Positions 48,308 through 56,530 of a stretch of 64,000 nucleotides of DNA are shown here, piece after piece; within the stretch, counting starts at the first letter, position 1; each line of letters begins with the position of its first letter. The translations under genes and the position numbers were made by a program. Location of the stretch: assembly GCA_963700055.1 (NCBI GenBank), contig CAVOWH010000001.1, forward strand, positions 2,199 through 66,198. The letters are read 5' to 3'. The notes under the pieces are model-generated. The model did not search any database and had not been told where the DNA came from. It worked only from the letters and a program-made list of their open reading frames with translations. The DNA comes from an uncultured delta proteobacterium (GTDB lineage: Bacteria > Desulfobacterota > Desulfobacteria > Desulfobacterales > SpSt-501).

Positions 48308-49324
48308 TTAACTTATTCTCCCGATGCTGCTGAGATTATCGCACTTGTATAGGTCGCCTGGTGTAACGAAATCGGCGACCGTCCTCAGGAGGTGGTCCAA
48401 GACCGACGGGATATCCTTTTCGAGCGATCGGGGCGCCCTAGCTGTATTTCCAACCGCGGTAACAGCATAAAAAGATTTGCTGAATTCATATATGCTTTGA
48501 AGCAGTTGGGGACTTCTGAGAGAAGCCTCCAGTTCCAGGGAACGTGTCTTTGGCTTTTTAACTTCTTTAAGGTAGTTGCTGGCAAGATCATCGATCGACA
48601 TCTTAGCCATCCGCTTCTCTTCGGCAGAAAGCGCTCTTTGGCTTCTTTTCCCCGATGACTGGGACAAAAAATCGGACAAAAAGGACCGGGAGCCGGCAAC
48701 ATTACCGGCCCAAACAAGGAGGCTGTCACGATGAATGTTACTGGACGCTGGAGCTTTTTTTGAACCTCTGACTCCTTGAATAGCGTCTCTCATTAAACCC
48801 GGGAAAGGAGCGATATCAAGGCAGTAAGGATCATGAGCCACAGGCAGAGCTTCGTCATAACACCGGTATACGAATTCGGAACAGATCATCGGTTGCCGAT
48901 CACCCTGCTTCATGAGTATGTCGGCAGCCTGGTCGAATATTTTCCGAAGCAGCCAGGAAAGGTAATTATTAACTTGTAGCTTTCGAGTGAGACCGAGTAT
49001 CGCCAGCAGCACGAGTTGCTCATACCCATAACGGTTCCCAATCTGAAGATACCAATTTGCCTTATCCACCACAGGCTGCATCGTTCCTGGATCTGTTTTC
49101 ATTCGTCGAACGATGGCGTATTCAGCATCGTGAATGCTGCCCCTAATGGTATTGCACTTTATACCCGCACCCACTGCTTCGACAACCTTCCCATCTCCTA
49201 TACAGACCGAAGCATGGTTTACTTCGGTTCCGTCAAAAAATTGGATTAAGTTGGCCAACAAACTGTTGCTGTGATATAGAATAATGTCTCCTGCTGAAAT
49301 TTCCTGCATTCCCATCGTATTCAT
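48308..49324 (-). CDS. Permuted papain-fold (YiiX/C92-like, NlpC/P60 superfamily) enzyme with a C-terminal extension of about 170 aa
   Basis: GDIILYHSNSLLANLIQFFDGTEVNHASVCIG...VVEAVGAG...AIVRR...PMICSEFVYRCY (His before Cys gives the permuted order). GGAGGG RBS. Confidence 0.65.
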   Translation of the reverse strand: MNTMGMQEISAGDIILYHSNSLLANLIQFFDGTEVNHASVCIGDGKVVEAVGAGIKCNTIRGSIHDAEYAIVRRMKTDPGTMQPVVDKANWYLQIGNRYGYEQLVLLAILGLTRKLQVNNYLSWLLRKIFDQAADILMKQGDRQPMICSEFVYRCYDEALPVAHDPYCLDIAPFPGLMRDAIQGVRGSKKAPASSNIHRDSLLVWAGNVAGSRSFLSDFLSQSSGKRSQRALSAEEKRMAKMSIDDLASNYLKEVKKPKTRSLELEASLRSPQLLQSIYEFSKSFYAVTAVGNTARAPRSLEKDIPSVLDHLLRTVADFVTPGDLYKCDNLSSIGRIS

Positions 49325-49405
49325 ACGCCCTCCTTTGTTGGTCTATAGAAAAATAAATTCATAACCGGCTGCCATGGACGGTGATACTTTTCGTCAACCT
49401 CGCGT

Positions 49406-49445
49406 CTTCAAAAACCTGATACGGTGTGAGTTGCTGTCACTGTAT
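49406..49445 (-). terminator. Possible intrinsic terminator between the TIR-TPR gene and the C92 gene
   Basis: Minus strand GATACAGTG-acagcaactca-CACCGTATC (one mismatch) followed by AGGTTTTTG. Confidence 0.35.
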
Positions 49446-49506
49446 CGTGGCTTTTATCGAGGTCGAATTTACGGCGATATTTTCAACATCCGCGTTCACA
49501 CAGTTT

Positions 49507-51177
49507 TTAGTGACTTTTATTTATTGTTGTCATTTTTCTCAAACAGCCTGGCTTAAGATGCTTTGTGCGTTGTCTCTCATTCAGTTGGAGGAGCCGCTGA
49601 ATCCAAGAAGTAGAAATTGCTGCTTCGAGTCCCAATGGCTGACGTCGGGTTGTCTTCCTTGATTGGTCTTTAAATAAATATTTGTAGTCTGGCCAAGAAC
49701 CAATAATGTTGTCTCTTTCTGCTTGGATGCGCTCCTCCTCAGCGGCTTCTCGCTTTCCCAGAATAAAAAACGCGAGCCCTCGGTAGTATCGGTCCTGCGC
49801 CGTGTTTGGTTTAAGATCGCGGCATCGTTTTGCATATAAAACCGCTTCATCCATGTCCCCTATGCAGTACTTGATTGAGGCGAGCTCGGCGAGATCTTGA
49901 ATAGATTCCGGCTCAAGATCTACTGCTTTCTTGAGAAAAGTCATAGCTTTCTCATAGTCGCGAAAGTGAAGTGCAAACTCCGCAAGTTTTCGACAGAAGG
50001 CAGCGTCCTTCTCGCAGGCCGAAATATTCCGGAAAAGCACCCTCAATGCGTCGTGAACCCGTCCTAATGCAAGATAGCAGTCCGCAAGATCGCATACGTA
50101 TGACAGAGGCTGGGTCTGTTCGTTGAGGTACGGCCACACAGCCTGCTCAAAGTAACCGACGGCATCATAGGGCCGCTTCTGGGCAAATAAGATCTTTCCT
50201 CGCAACGCCAAGATATTCGGCTCGCGGCTTTCCTTTTCAGAAAGAGCGTCAAGTTCCACCCATGCCTGTTCCGGTTTACCCAATGCAAGTAGTACTCGCC
50301 CAATGTTGTGAATGACATCGACGATGTGCGAAGAACGTTGAAGCTCACTACCCTCATTCAAGAGTCGCTTGCACCGCTCATAAGCGGCCAATGCTTTCGT
50401 GCACTCACCCAAATGGAACAGAGCACCACCTAAACCATGCCATGCCCGGGGATCTTCCGGATTCATCTCAACCAAGCTCCCAAATGTTTTCGCAGCGGCC
50501 TCATGACGGCCCATTTCCGCCTGGAGCACGCCCAGTGCGAAATAGGGAGAAATCACGTCCGTGGCATCCAGGCACTCCAATTTGTCTATTAGTACCCAGA
50601 TATACTTCTCCGCAACCTCTTTGTGAGTTTGGTATTTCCTCCGAAATTCCGCGTAAAAATCGACAAGCCATTTGATTTCGTGCTTCGGGATCTTGCTGGC
50701 GAACAATTCCTTCTTAAAATCCTGGTCGCGAGGGACTCGAAAGTCGGGGCAGTAGGTGATTTCAAGGTAATGACAAAGCTCCTGAATACCGGTATCGTAA
50801 TCTGTCAGGTCTATGTATGAAAGTCGGTTTTGCCCCTCAAACAGTTCAGTCTTTCTCCAATCATCGATGGCTGGTTCTACAATGCAAATGACCAAGTCCG
50901 GCAGTCCATCAATCGCCTGTCGTTCGCGCATGATTTGACACTCTTTCATAACGTACTGCGACCTTCTTGCAGCCTTGCTGTCGAGAAGGCAAAACCAACG
51001 CGAATCTCGTATTCTCTCCTCGAACTCTCGCTGGAAATCCACACCAATCTGGCGGTCGGCCTCATAGCGCCAAACACGTAGGCCCGAGCGTCGCAGGTCC
51101 TCGCTGATGCGCATTGCCACAACCCCGTCGGAGCTCGCGTAGCTCACAAACACATCGTGCGAAGCAACACTTTTCAT
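49507..51177 (-). CDS. TIR-domain protein with a C-terminal TPR array
   Basis: HDVFVSYASSDG...GLRVWRYEADRQIGVDF...IRDSRWFCLLDSKAARRSQYVMKECQ (TIR betaA, and a Glu at the position of the NADase catalytic residue), followed by about 10 TPR-like repeats. Start taken at MKSVASHD, 8 nt after the upstream stop. Confidence 0.8.
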   Translation of the reverse strand: MKSVASHDVFVSYASSDGVVAMRISEDLRRSGLRVWRYEADRQIGVDFQREFEERIRDSRWFCLLDSKAARRSQYVMKECQIMRERQAIDGLPDLVICIVEPAIDDWRKTELFEGQNRLSYIDLTDYDTGIQELCHYLEITYCPDFRVPRDQDFKKELFASKIPKHEIKWLVDFYAEFRRKYQTHKEVAEKYIWVLIDKLECLDATDVISPYFALGVLQAEMGRHEAAAKTFGSLVEMNPEDPRAWHGLGGALFHLGECTKALAAYERCKRLLNEGSELQRSSHIVDVIHNIGRVLLALGKPEQAWVELDALSEKESREPNILALRGKILFAQKRPYDAVGYFEQAVWPYLNEQTQPLSYVCDLADCYLALGRVHDALRVLFRNISACEKDAAFCRKLAEFALHFRDYEKAMTFLKKAVDLEPESIQDLAELASIKYCIGDMDEAVLYAKRCRDLKPNTAQDRYYRGLAFFILGKREAAEEERIQAERDNIIGSWPDYKYLFKDQSRKTTRRQPLGLEAAISTSWIQRLLQLNERQRTKHLKPGCLRKMTTINKSH

Positions 51178-51185
51178 GTCACCAC

Positions 51186-52313
51186 TCAATGCTTCCTGCT
51201 CCAAGAAGTCGGCGTGACTATATGCGGTAAGGGCCGGATTGCGTTCACCTCTTGCAGGAATGTGGCCCATGCTCTCTGATTGGTCTTCTTCACATACCTG
51301 AAAAACGCCGCATATTTCATCGTGGACTTAGCGGCATCGTATACTTGCGGATTAAGCTTTCGCATATCGCCGCTGATCGACTTGACCCCTGCAGTTAAGT
51401 TCTTGACCTCAGTAACCTTCGGTTCTAAGGAGTTGATCTGCATCGCCACCCTGTTATATTCCTTCATATTTCCGGCCACCCTCAGAGCGTTCGCCTGCTC
51501 CACCAGAGTGCTCCAGGTGCGTTTGTAACCATCGAAATCGGAGGTCCAGAAATAGTAGTAGGGTTCCCCAGCAATATGCAGTCTTCCCTCCTCATGTGTT
51601 GTAAATATTATTGTAGCCTCTTGGTCCGTGAGTACCCACGATTGGAAGGAGACATTTCTCAGAACTGACATGACCTTGTTCGCGCTATCCCGAGCCAGTC
51701 CGGTGGGCTCGGATTCGCCTTTGCCGAGCACCACCTTCCCTTCAAAGGCTGGAAGACGCCACATGTTGGCAATGTCGAAGAGGAGGATGTCGGCCTGTAA
51801 AAGGCGGAGGCCCAGAAGCGTGTTCTGAAAGGCTGGGTGATACACAATGTCGTAAAATGTATCATTCGTACGCTCCCCGAAAAGCGATACACATGCGTTA
51901 TAGTCAGAGTCCGCGTATTTCGAGATCGGCACGAGCAGCCAGTCGGGAAGGGCCTGCGTGTACACCGAGTCTCCTATTCGTACGCTTAGACGGTTCCCGT
52001 CGGCTTTGCCGCTGTCATAGGCAAGGCTGACGGACTTCGAATCAAGCAGTCTGCCGGGCGACGCCATTCCACCGAATGCGACGCCGCCGACCTTGCCGAC
52101 GAACCCGTACGATCCCAGGCTGCCGGATCCCATCTTGGAAAGGAGAGGCCCGCTTGGCGAGCCGTTGACAAATTGGTATGGTCCAAGGTCCCAGGTGCTG
52201 CCTTGCGCCAACGCGATGGCTCCAACCAGCACCACGACGATAGAAACCGAGAGTCCTCGCAACCAATGGCAAGCACGATTTCGGCATGTAGCAGCTTCAT
52301 ATGGCGTCGGCAT
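51186..52313 (-). CDS. Membrane-anchored protein of unknown function, first gene of the island
   Basis: One N-terminal TM (LSVSIVVVLVGAIALA) and a large extracytoplasmic part. The ATG at 52313 is preceded by GGAGGA; the ORF track starts 12 nt upstream. Confidence 0.6.
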   Translation of the reverse strand: MPTPYEAATCRNRACHWLRGLSVSIVVVLVGAIALAQGSTWDLGPYQFVNGSPSGPLLSKMGSGSLGSYGFVGKVGGVAFGGMASPGRLLDSKSVSLAYDSGKADGNRLSVRIGDSVYTQALPDWLLVPISKYADSDYNACVSLFGERTNDTFYDIVYHPAFQNTLLGLRLLQADILLFDIANMWRLPAFEGKVVLGKGESEPTGLARDSANKVMSVLRNVSFQSWVLTDQEATIIFTTHEEGRLHIAGEPYYYFWTSDFDGYKRTWSTLVEQANALRVAGNMKEYNRVAMQINSLEPKVTEVKNLTAGVKSISGDMRKLNPQVYDAAKSTMKYAAFFRYVKKTNQRAWATFLQEVNAIRPLPHIVTPTSWSRKH

Positions 52314-52578
52314 GTCGTCCTCCATTTGACGCTGACAAGAGTTATCGTTTGTTGCCGTGCCCTCTTCACTGCATCATGCTACTGGACGACCAGAAACTCT
52401 ACTCTCTTTTCCCGCGAACAAATAGCGCTTTGTCCCTTATCCCTTAGGATGAAAGTCTAAAGAGGCATGTGATACGGTTGAGCATTGGTGTAGCAAAGAG
52501 ACTTAAGGGATGATGGATAAAATGTTGTTGAACCGATCCGAGTTCCATCTATTGAAGTATCACGGATTTGCCGATCCG

Positions 52579-52640
52579 GTGATTTGTCGGATGATATTTA
52601 GGATACTCAACAATCTAAAACCACAACACATATTTTCCGC
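52579..52640. repeat. Conserved intergenic motif, copy 2 (shorter)
   Basis: GTGATTTGTCGGATGATATTTAGGATACTCAACAATCTAAAA..., about 265 nt upstream of the island's first gene. Confidence 0.6.
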
Positions 52641-52678
52641 CTACCTCACGCCTTTATAAAGTCGATATGTTGCCCCGG

Positions 52679-53125
52679 CTATCTTCTCCGAGGGCGAGGC
52701 TGTATTCTTCCCGGACGGTCCCCCACTTTGCCCGGTTCATTATTGTCGAGCCGTTCATCTCTTCTTTCATACTGTCTTAGCGTCCGTCTGTAAGGGTCAC
52801 CGGCGTAATCGTACTCGATATTATCGCCCGCATCCTCGGAGGCAATGGCGGTGCTGACGCTACTCCCGGGTTGCTCGCCCCCTTGATTCGGATTTCCCTG
52901 CTGCTGATTCGGCCGATCGCTCGCTGTCGATTGACGGACGGGCCGGTTTGGTTGTGGTGAATAATCAATAGTGTCAACAGCCTTGGCCGTGTCTGGTGGC
53001 GGGTCTTGGGTGATATGGGTCACCCCTTTGGCATCCGTCCACGTGAAAAGACGGTCTGCGTAACCGTTCAGCACCCAACAAAGCCAAAGCACCAAAATTA
53101 TGAGTACCGTTTTGAATAGTTTCAT
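52679..53125 (-). CDS. DUF4124-domain protein
   Basis: Signal/TM segment then LFTWTDAKGVTHITQDPPP; low-complexity C-terminus. Confidence 0.65.
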   Translation of the reverse strand: MKLFKTVLIILVLWLCWVLNGYADRLFTWTDAKGVTHITQDPPPDTAKAVDTIDYSPQPNRPVRQSTASDRPNQQQGNPNQGGEQPGSSVSTAIASEDAGDNIEYDYAGDPYRRTLRQYERRDERLDNNEPGKVGDRPGRIQPRPRRR

Positions 53126-53156
53126 CCTGCTATTCCTCGTTTCCAGTCGCAGGTTA

Positions 53157-54131
53157 TTATTCTGCGGCCAGTTGATCAGTCGCCTGCTTCAGCACGGCGG
53201 CCGAAGCATGAAGCGCGGCAAGTTCATCTTCTGGAAGGCGGCTCTCGACGATCTTCTCCACTCCCTTAGCCGAGACGATACATGGGACGCTAAGGCAGAC
53301 ATCCTGAAGGCCGTACTCGCCGTTAAGCATCGTTGAAACCGGGAGCACGCTGTTTTGCGAGCGCAAAATAGCGCTCGTAATTCGGACCAGTGCGAGGCCC
53401 ACCGCAAAGCAGGTGGTTCCCTTGTAGTCGATGATATGGTAGGCAGAGTCTCGCACCTGCTGCACAATTCGGCTGCGCTCTGCCCTCCAGTCGGCGCAGT
53501 GACCACAATCAGGGCAGAATGCTTCGATCTGCATGCCGCCAATGTGAGTCATCGACCAAGCTGCAAATTCCGTATCGCCATGTTCACCGAGAATATACCC
53601 GTGCACGTTGTGAACGTCGACCCCGCAATGCGCACTAAGAAGATAGCGGAGTCGAGCACTGTCCAAAACAGTGCCTGATCCTAAAATGCGGTGTCTGTCC
53701 CACCCTGTAAACTTAAGCGCGACGTAGGTCATAACGTCCACAGGATTGGTGACGACCAGCATCACGGCAGATGATTGTTGGTCCATGACTTCCGTAACTA
53801 CGGCGCGAACGACGGCCGCGTTTTTTTTAAGTAGTTGGAGTCGTGTCTCACCAGGACGTTGGGCAGCACCTGCGGTAATGACGATCAGATGCGCGTTAGC
53901 GTAGTCGGATAGATCGCCAACATGGATGGACACGGCGGGGAAATATGGCTGTCCATGGACCAGATCCATGACCTGCCCTCGTGCGAGGCTCTCGTTCTTA
54001 TCGATAATTGCGATCTCGTCGGCCAGACCACTTTGAGCAAGCGAATATGCGAACGTTGCGCCTACAGCGCCCGCGCCAACCACGACAACTTTGCGCCGAT
54101 TAACCGATGAGGTCTTCGTCATTTTCCCCAT
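53157..54131 (-). CDS. ldh: L-lactate dehydrogenase
   Basis: KVVVVGAGAVGATFAYSL, ITAGAAQRPGETRLQL, GYILGEHGDTEFAAWS. Confidence 0.85.
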   Translation of the reverse strand: MGKMTKTSSVNRRKVVVVGAGAVGATFAYSLAQSGLADEIAIIDKNESLARGQVMDLVHGQPYFPAVSIHVGDLSDYANAHLIVITAGAAQRPGETRLQLLKKNAAVVRAVVTEVMDQQSSAVMLVVTNPVDVMTYVALKFTGWDRHRILGSGTVLDSARLRYLLSAHCGVDVHNVHGYILGEHGDTEFAAWSMTHIGGMQIEAFCPDCGHCADWRAERSRIVQQVRDSAYHIIDYKGTTCFAVGLALVRITSAILRSQNSVLPVSTMLNGEYGLQDVCLSVPCIVSAKGVEKIVESRLPEDELAALHASAAVLKQATDQLAAE

Positions 54132-54206
54132 GCCGGACAAAATTGGATTCGCACAAGAAGAAGTATCTCGCTTTTATGTCTGAGCGAAACGCAATCACAA
54201 AACTGG

Positions 54207-54338
54207 TGATCTGTTGATACGTCGGATGGTATTTGGACTATTCAACGGCAGAAAATCATTGCAGATTAATTCTGCATATCCTTTTTTTACCCCCGTCGGC
54301 CCGTCTATGTCAAACCCAAACTGAATTTATGGTCAATT
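54207..54338. repeat. Conserved intergenic motif, copy 3
   Basis: GTGATCTG..TCGGATGGTATTTGGACTATTCAACGGCAGAAAATCATTGCAGATTAATTCTGCATATC...GTCTATGTCAAACCCAAACTGAAT, 76 nt upstream of ldh. Confidence 0.7.
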
Positions 54339-54585
54339 ATTTGACGATTGGGAAGTAGGCCAAGATTCTTCTGCCGATCGACATCTCCGATAACGTTTTG
54401 TATCAATTATAAATAAATTACTTCATAGATTTGGCCTAAATTATGCATTTTGGGAAGTAAAAGGACCAAGAAAAAACTACCAATAGACGTGGTGATTGAT
54501 TGGGCTCTTGTGACACGGCCATTTGGTTGCTTGTATTTTTACAAACTGGTCTGACAGCATTTGATTTTGTGGACAGGAGGCTGTC

Positions 54586-54900
54586 ATGGATAAGAGGTCT
54601 AATTCCCGCCGTGAAATCAACACATCAATCGCTTGCAAACGATATATTTCGTTAAACGGCGAAGTCTCAATCGACGGCAACATTAAAAACTGCTGCCCGG
54701 CCGGTTTTTACGCTGAACTGAAAGAGCATGTTGCAGCGGGAACGATCCTGGTTGTCCGAATGACTGGCAGTTCGTGGGGATACTCTGCGGATGATGGGCT
54801 TCGCTCTATGGCGCTGGCGGAGGTTCGGTGGTCAAAACCGATGTCAGTCGAGGGGAAACCCTGTTACGCCACCGGGCTGAAGTACCTAATCGCCTATTGA
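54586..54900 (+). CDS. PilZ-like domain protein
   Basis: 104 aa with N-terminal RSNSRRE (RxxxR-like) and a beta-barrel-type pattern. Weak. Confidence 0.4.
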   Translation: MDKRSNSRREINTSIACKRYISLNGEVSIDGNIKNCCPAGFYAELKEHVAAGTILVVRMTGSSWGYSADDGLRSMALAEVRWSKPMSVEGKPCYATGLKYLIAY

Positions 54901-54971
54901 AATTGAATTTTCGTTTGATGTCACTATTTCCGCCGGCCGAAACTACCAGGCTCATCCGCTGCCAATCAAAC

Positions 54972-55886
54972 TCAAGCCAGGGGCGGCGGTGGCGGCGGCA
55001 GCTCTCCACGCTCCAAGGCTTCCCGGGCGGCTCTGACAGGGATGCCCGCCTCGCAGGGCACACCCACCTGGCACAACCCACAGCCATAGCCTTCGAACGC
55101 ATAGGTCTTTTTCACATGCGCTCTGGAGCGAGCCAGGTGCTGCCGACACTTCTCCTTGTCGTGGCCGGCCTTGGTGATCGCGCGAGCCGGGCAACGATCC
55201 ATGCATTTGCCACACGTACCATCGGTGAAGAAGAGGCAATAGGCCCGATGGTTGGAATAAGGCCGGGGAGTGGGTTCGATCGATATCTTGGCCACTACCG
55301 ATCCCACCCGCATGGCCTTGCCCCTTGCCGTGATAAGGCCGTCGCACAGGCCGAACGTGCCTAACCCGGCCGCATGGGCGGCATGGCGCTCGGACCAGGA
55401 AGATGCATAGGAGAATCGCTCCGATCGGACGATGGCCCAGTTGGAAACCAGCATCGGCGCGATGGCGGCATGGCCAACCCGTATAAGGCGATGGGCCACG
55501 TGACGACGCAGGGCGGCATTGAACTCCTCCCCGTAGACCCTTATCCGGGCCCATTCTTCGGATGGATACTTCTTCGCCCTGCGGTTGGCTTTGCGCACCG
55601 CCTCGCGCTGCGGCAAGACCCATGAAATGACGGTCAACTCTGCAGCGCCTGCGGATTCCTTGGGGCAGTGTTGGTTGAAAACTTCCCACGGGGTCCAGTG
55701 GAAGGGACCGACATATTCCTTGTACTGCTGCCAAATCGGGTCGGCACCCGAGGCGAAGCCGACCAGGGCATCGTCCCAGGCTGGGTCTTCATTTTTGTTC
55801 TTCATGCTGTTGTGGGGTGAAGTGGCGATGAAAGCACGGATCAGACCTCTTATCCAATCAGCTGAAATAGTAGGGCTATTTTTCAC
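54972..55886 (-). CDS. QueG / reductive-dehalogenase-like Fe-S protein
   Basis: TDGTCGKCMDRCPARAI and GYGCGLCQVGVPCE cluster motifs in the C-terminal third. Confidence 0.45.
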   Translation of the reverse strand: MKNSPTISADWIRGLIRAFIATSPHNSMKNKNEDPAWDDALVGFASGADPIWQQYKEYVGPFHWTPWEVFNQHCPKESAGAAELTVISWVLPQREAVRKANRRAKKYPSEEWARIRVYGEEFNAALRRHVAHRLIRVGHAAIAPMLVSNWAIVRSERFSYASSWSERHAAHAAGLGTFGLCDGLITARGKAMRVGSVVAKISIEPTPRPYSNHRAYCLFFTDGTCGKCMDRCPARAITKAGHDKEKCRQHLARSRAHVKKTYAFEGYGCGLCQVGVPCEAGIPVRAAREALERGELPPPPPPLA

Positions 55887-56008
55887 GGCAGACCTCTCTA
55901 TCGGGAAGTCAGCGCTTCCCGGATATATGGGATTCTCAAGAACCGTTTAGGCAACTTCCCGCTCCCGCTTGCGTTCCCTGCCGACTCCCTCGGATGGAAG
56001 CCATGGTT

Positions 56009-56530
56009 TCATTCAGGGCCGGAAGCCAACCGACCCTCCAGCAGAATGGCGTCGACCCGGTTGCGGATGTAGCGGCCCAGCGCTTCGGTCTTTTCACGGG
56101 TGATGGCCGGCACGCGGACGGCCAGGGACGCGACTTTCTCCTCATCGATGTCGGTCATCTTGTTGACCAAGAAGGCATCGATCTCGCTGTCCTCGAACTT
56201 CATGCCGCAGGCGCCGACGGCGCCGACAAACTCGTCCCCCGCGAAAATCGGCACCACCAGCTTGATCATGCCTGCGTCGCACTCTTCGATCAGCGTATCG
56301 CCGGAGCGCATGGCCTGGGCGGCGATGTTCATGTGCGCCGGGGCGCAGATGAAGCTCTGGCCCTTGTCGGTGTCCTTGATCGCCGGGCAGAGTTCGTTGG
56401 CCCAGTGTTTCTGCGGCGAAATGCGATAGCCCTTGGTGTCGAAGACGTTCGCATCCATGCCCGAGCGGGTGTTGATGTCGTTTTCCAAATCCATCCAGCG
56501 CTCCAGCGGAGCGATATCCGTCAGCTTCAT
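56009..56530 (-). CDS. Stand-alone PocR ligand-binding-domain protein
   Basis: 173 aa; FICAPAHMNIAAQAM...ECDAGMIKLVVPIFAGDEFVGAVGACG is typical of PocR domains. Its ATG overlaps the oleD stop (ATGA at 56527..56530). Confidence 0.6.
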   Translation of the reverse strand: MKLTDIAPLERWMDLENDINTRSGMDANVFDTKGYRISPQKHWANELCPAIKDTDKGQSFICAPAHMNIAAQAMRSGDTLIEECDAGMIKLVVPIFAGDEFVGAVGACGMKFEDSEIDAFLVNKMTDIDEEKVASLAVRVPAITREKTEALGRYIRNRVDAILLEGRLASGPE

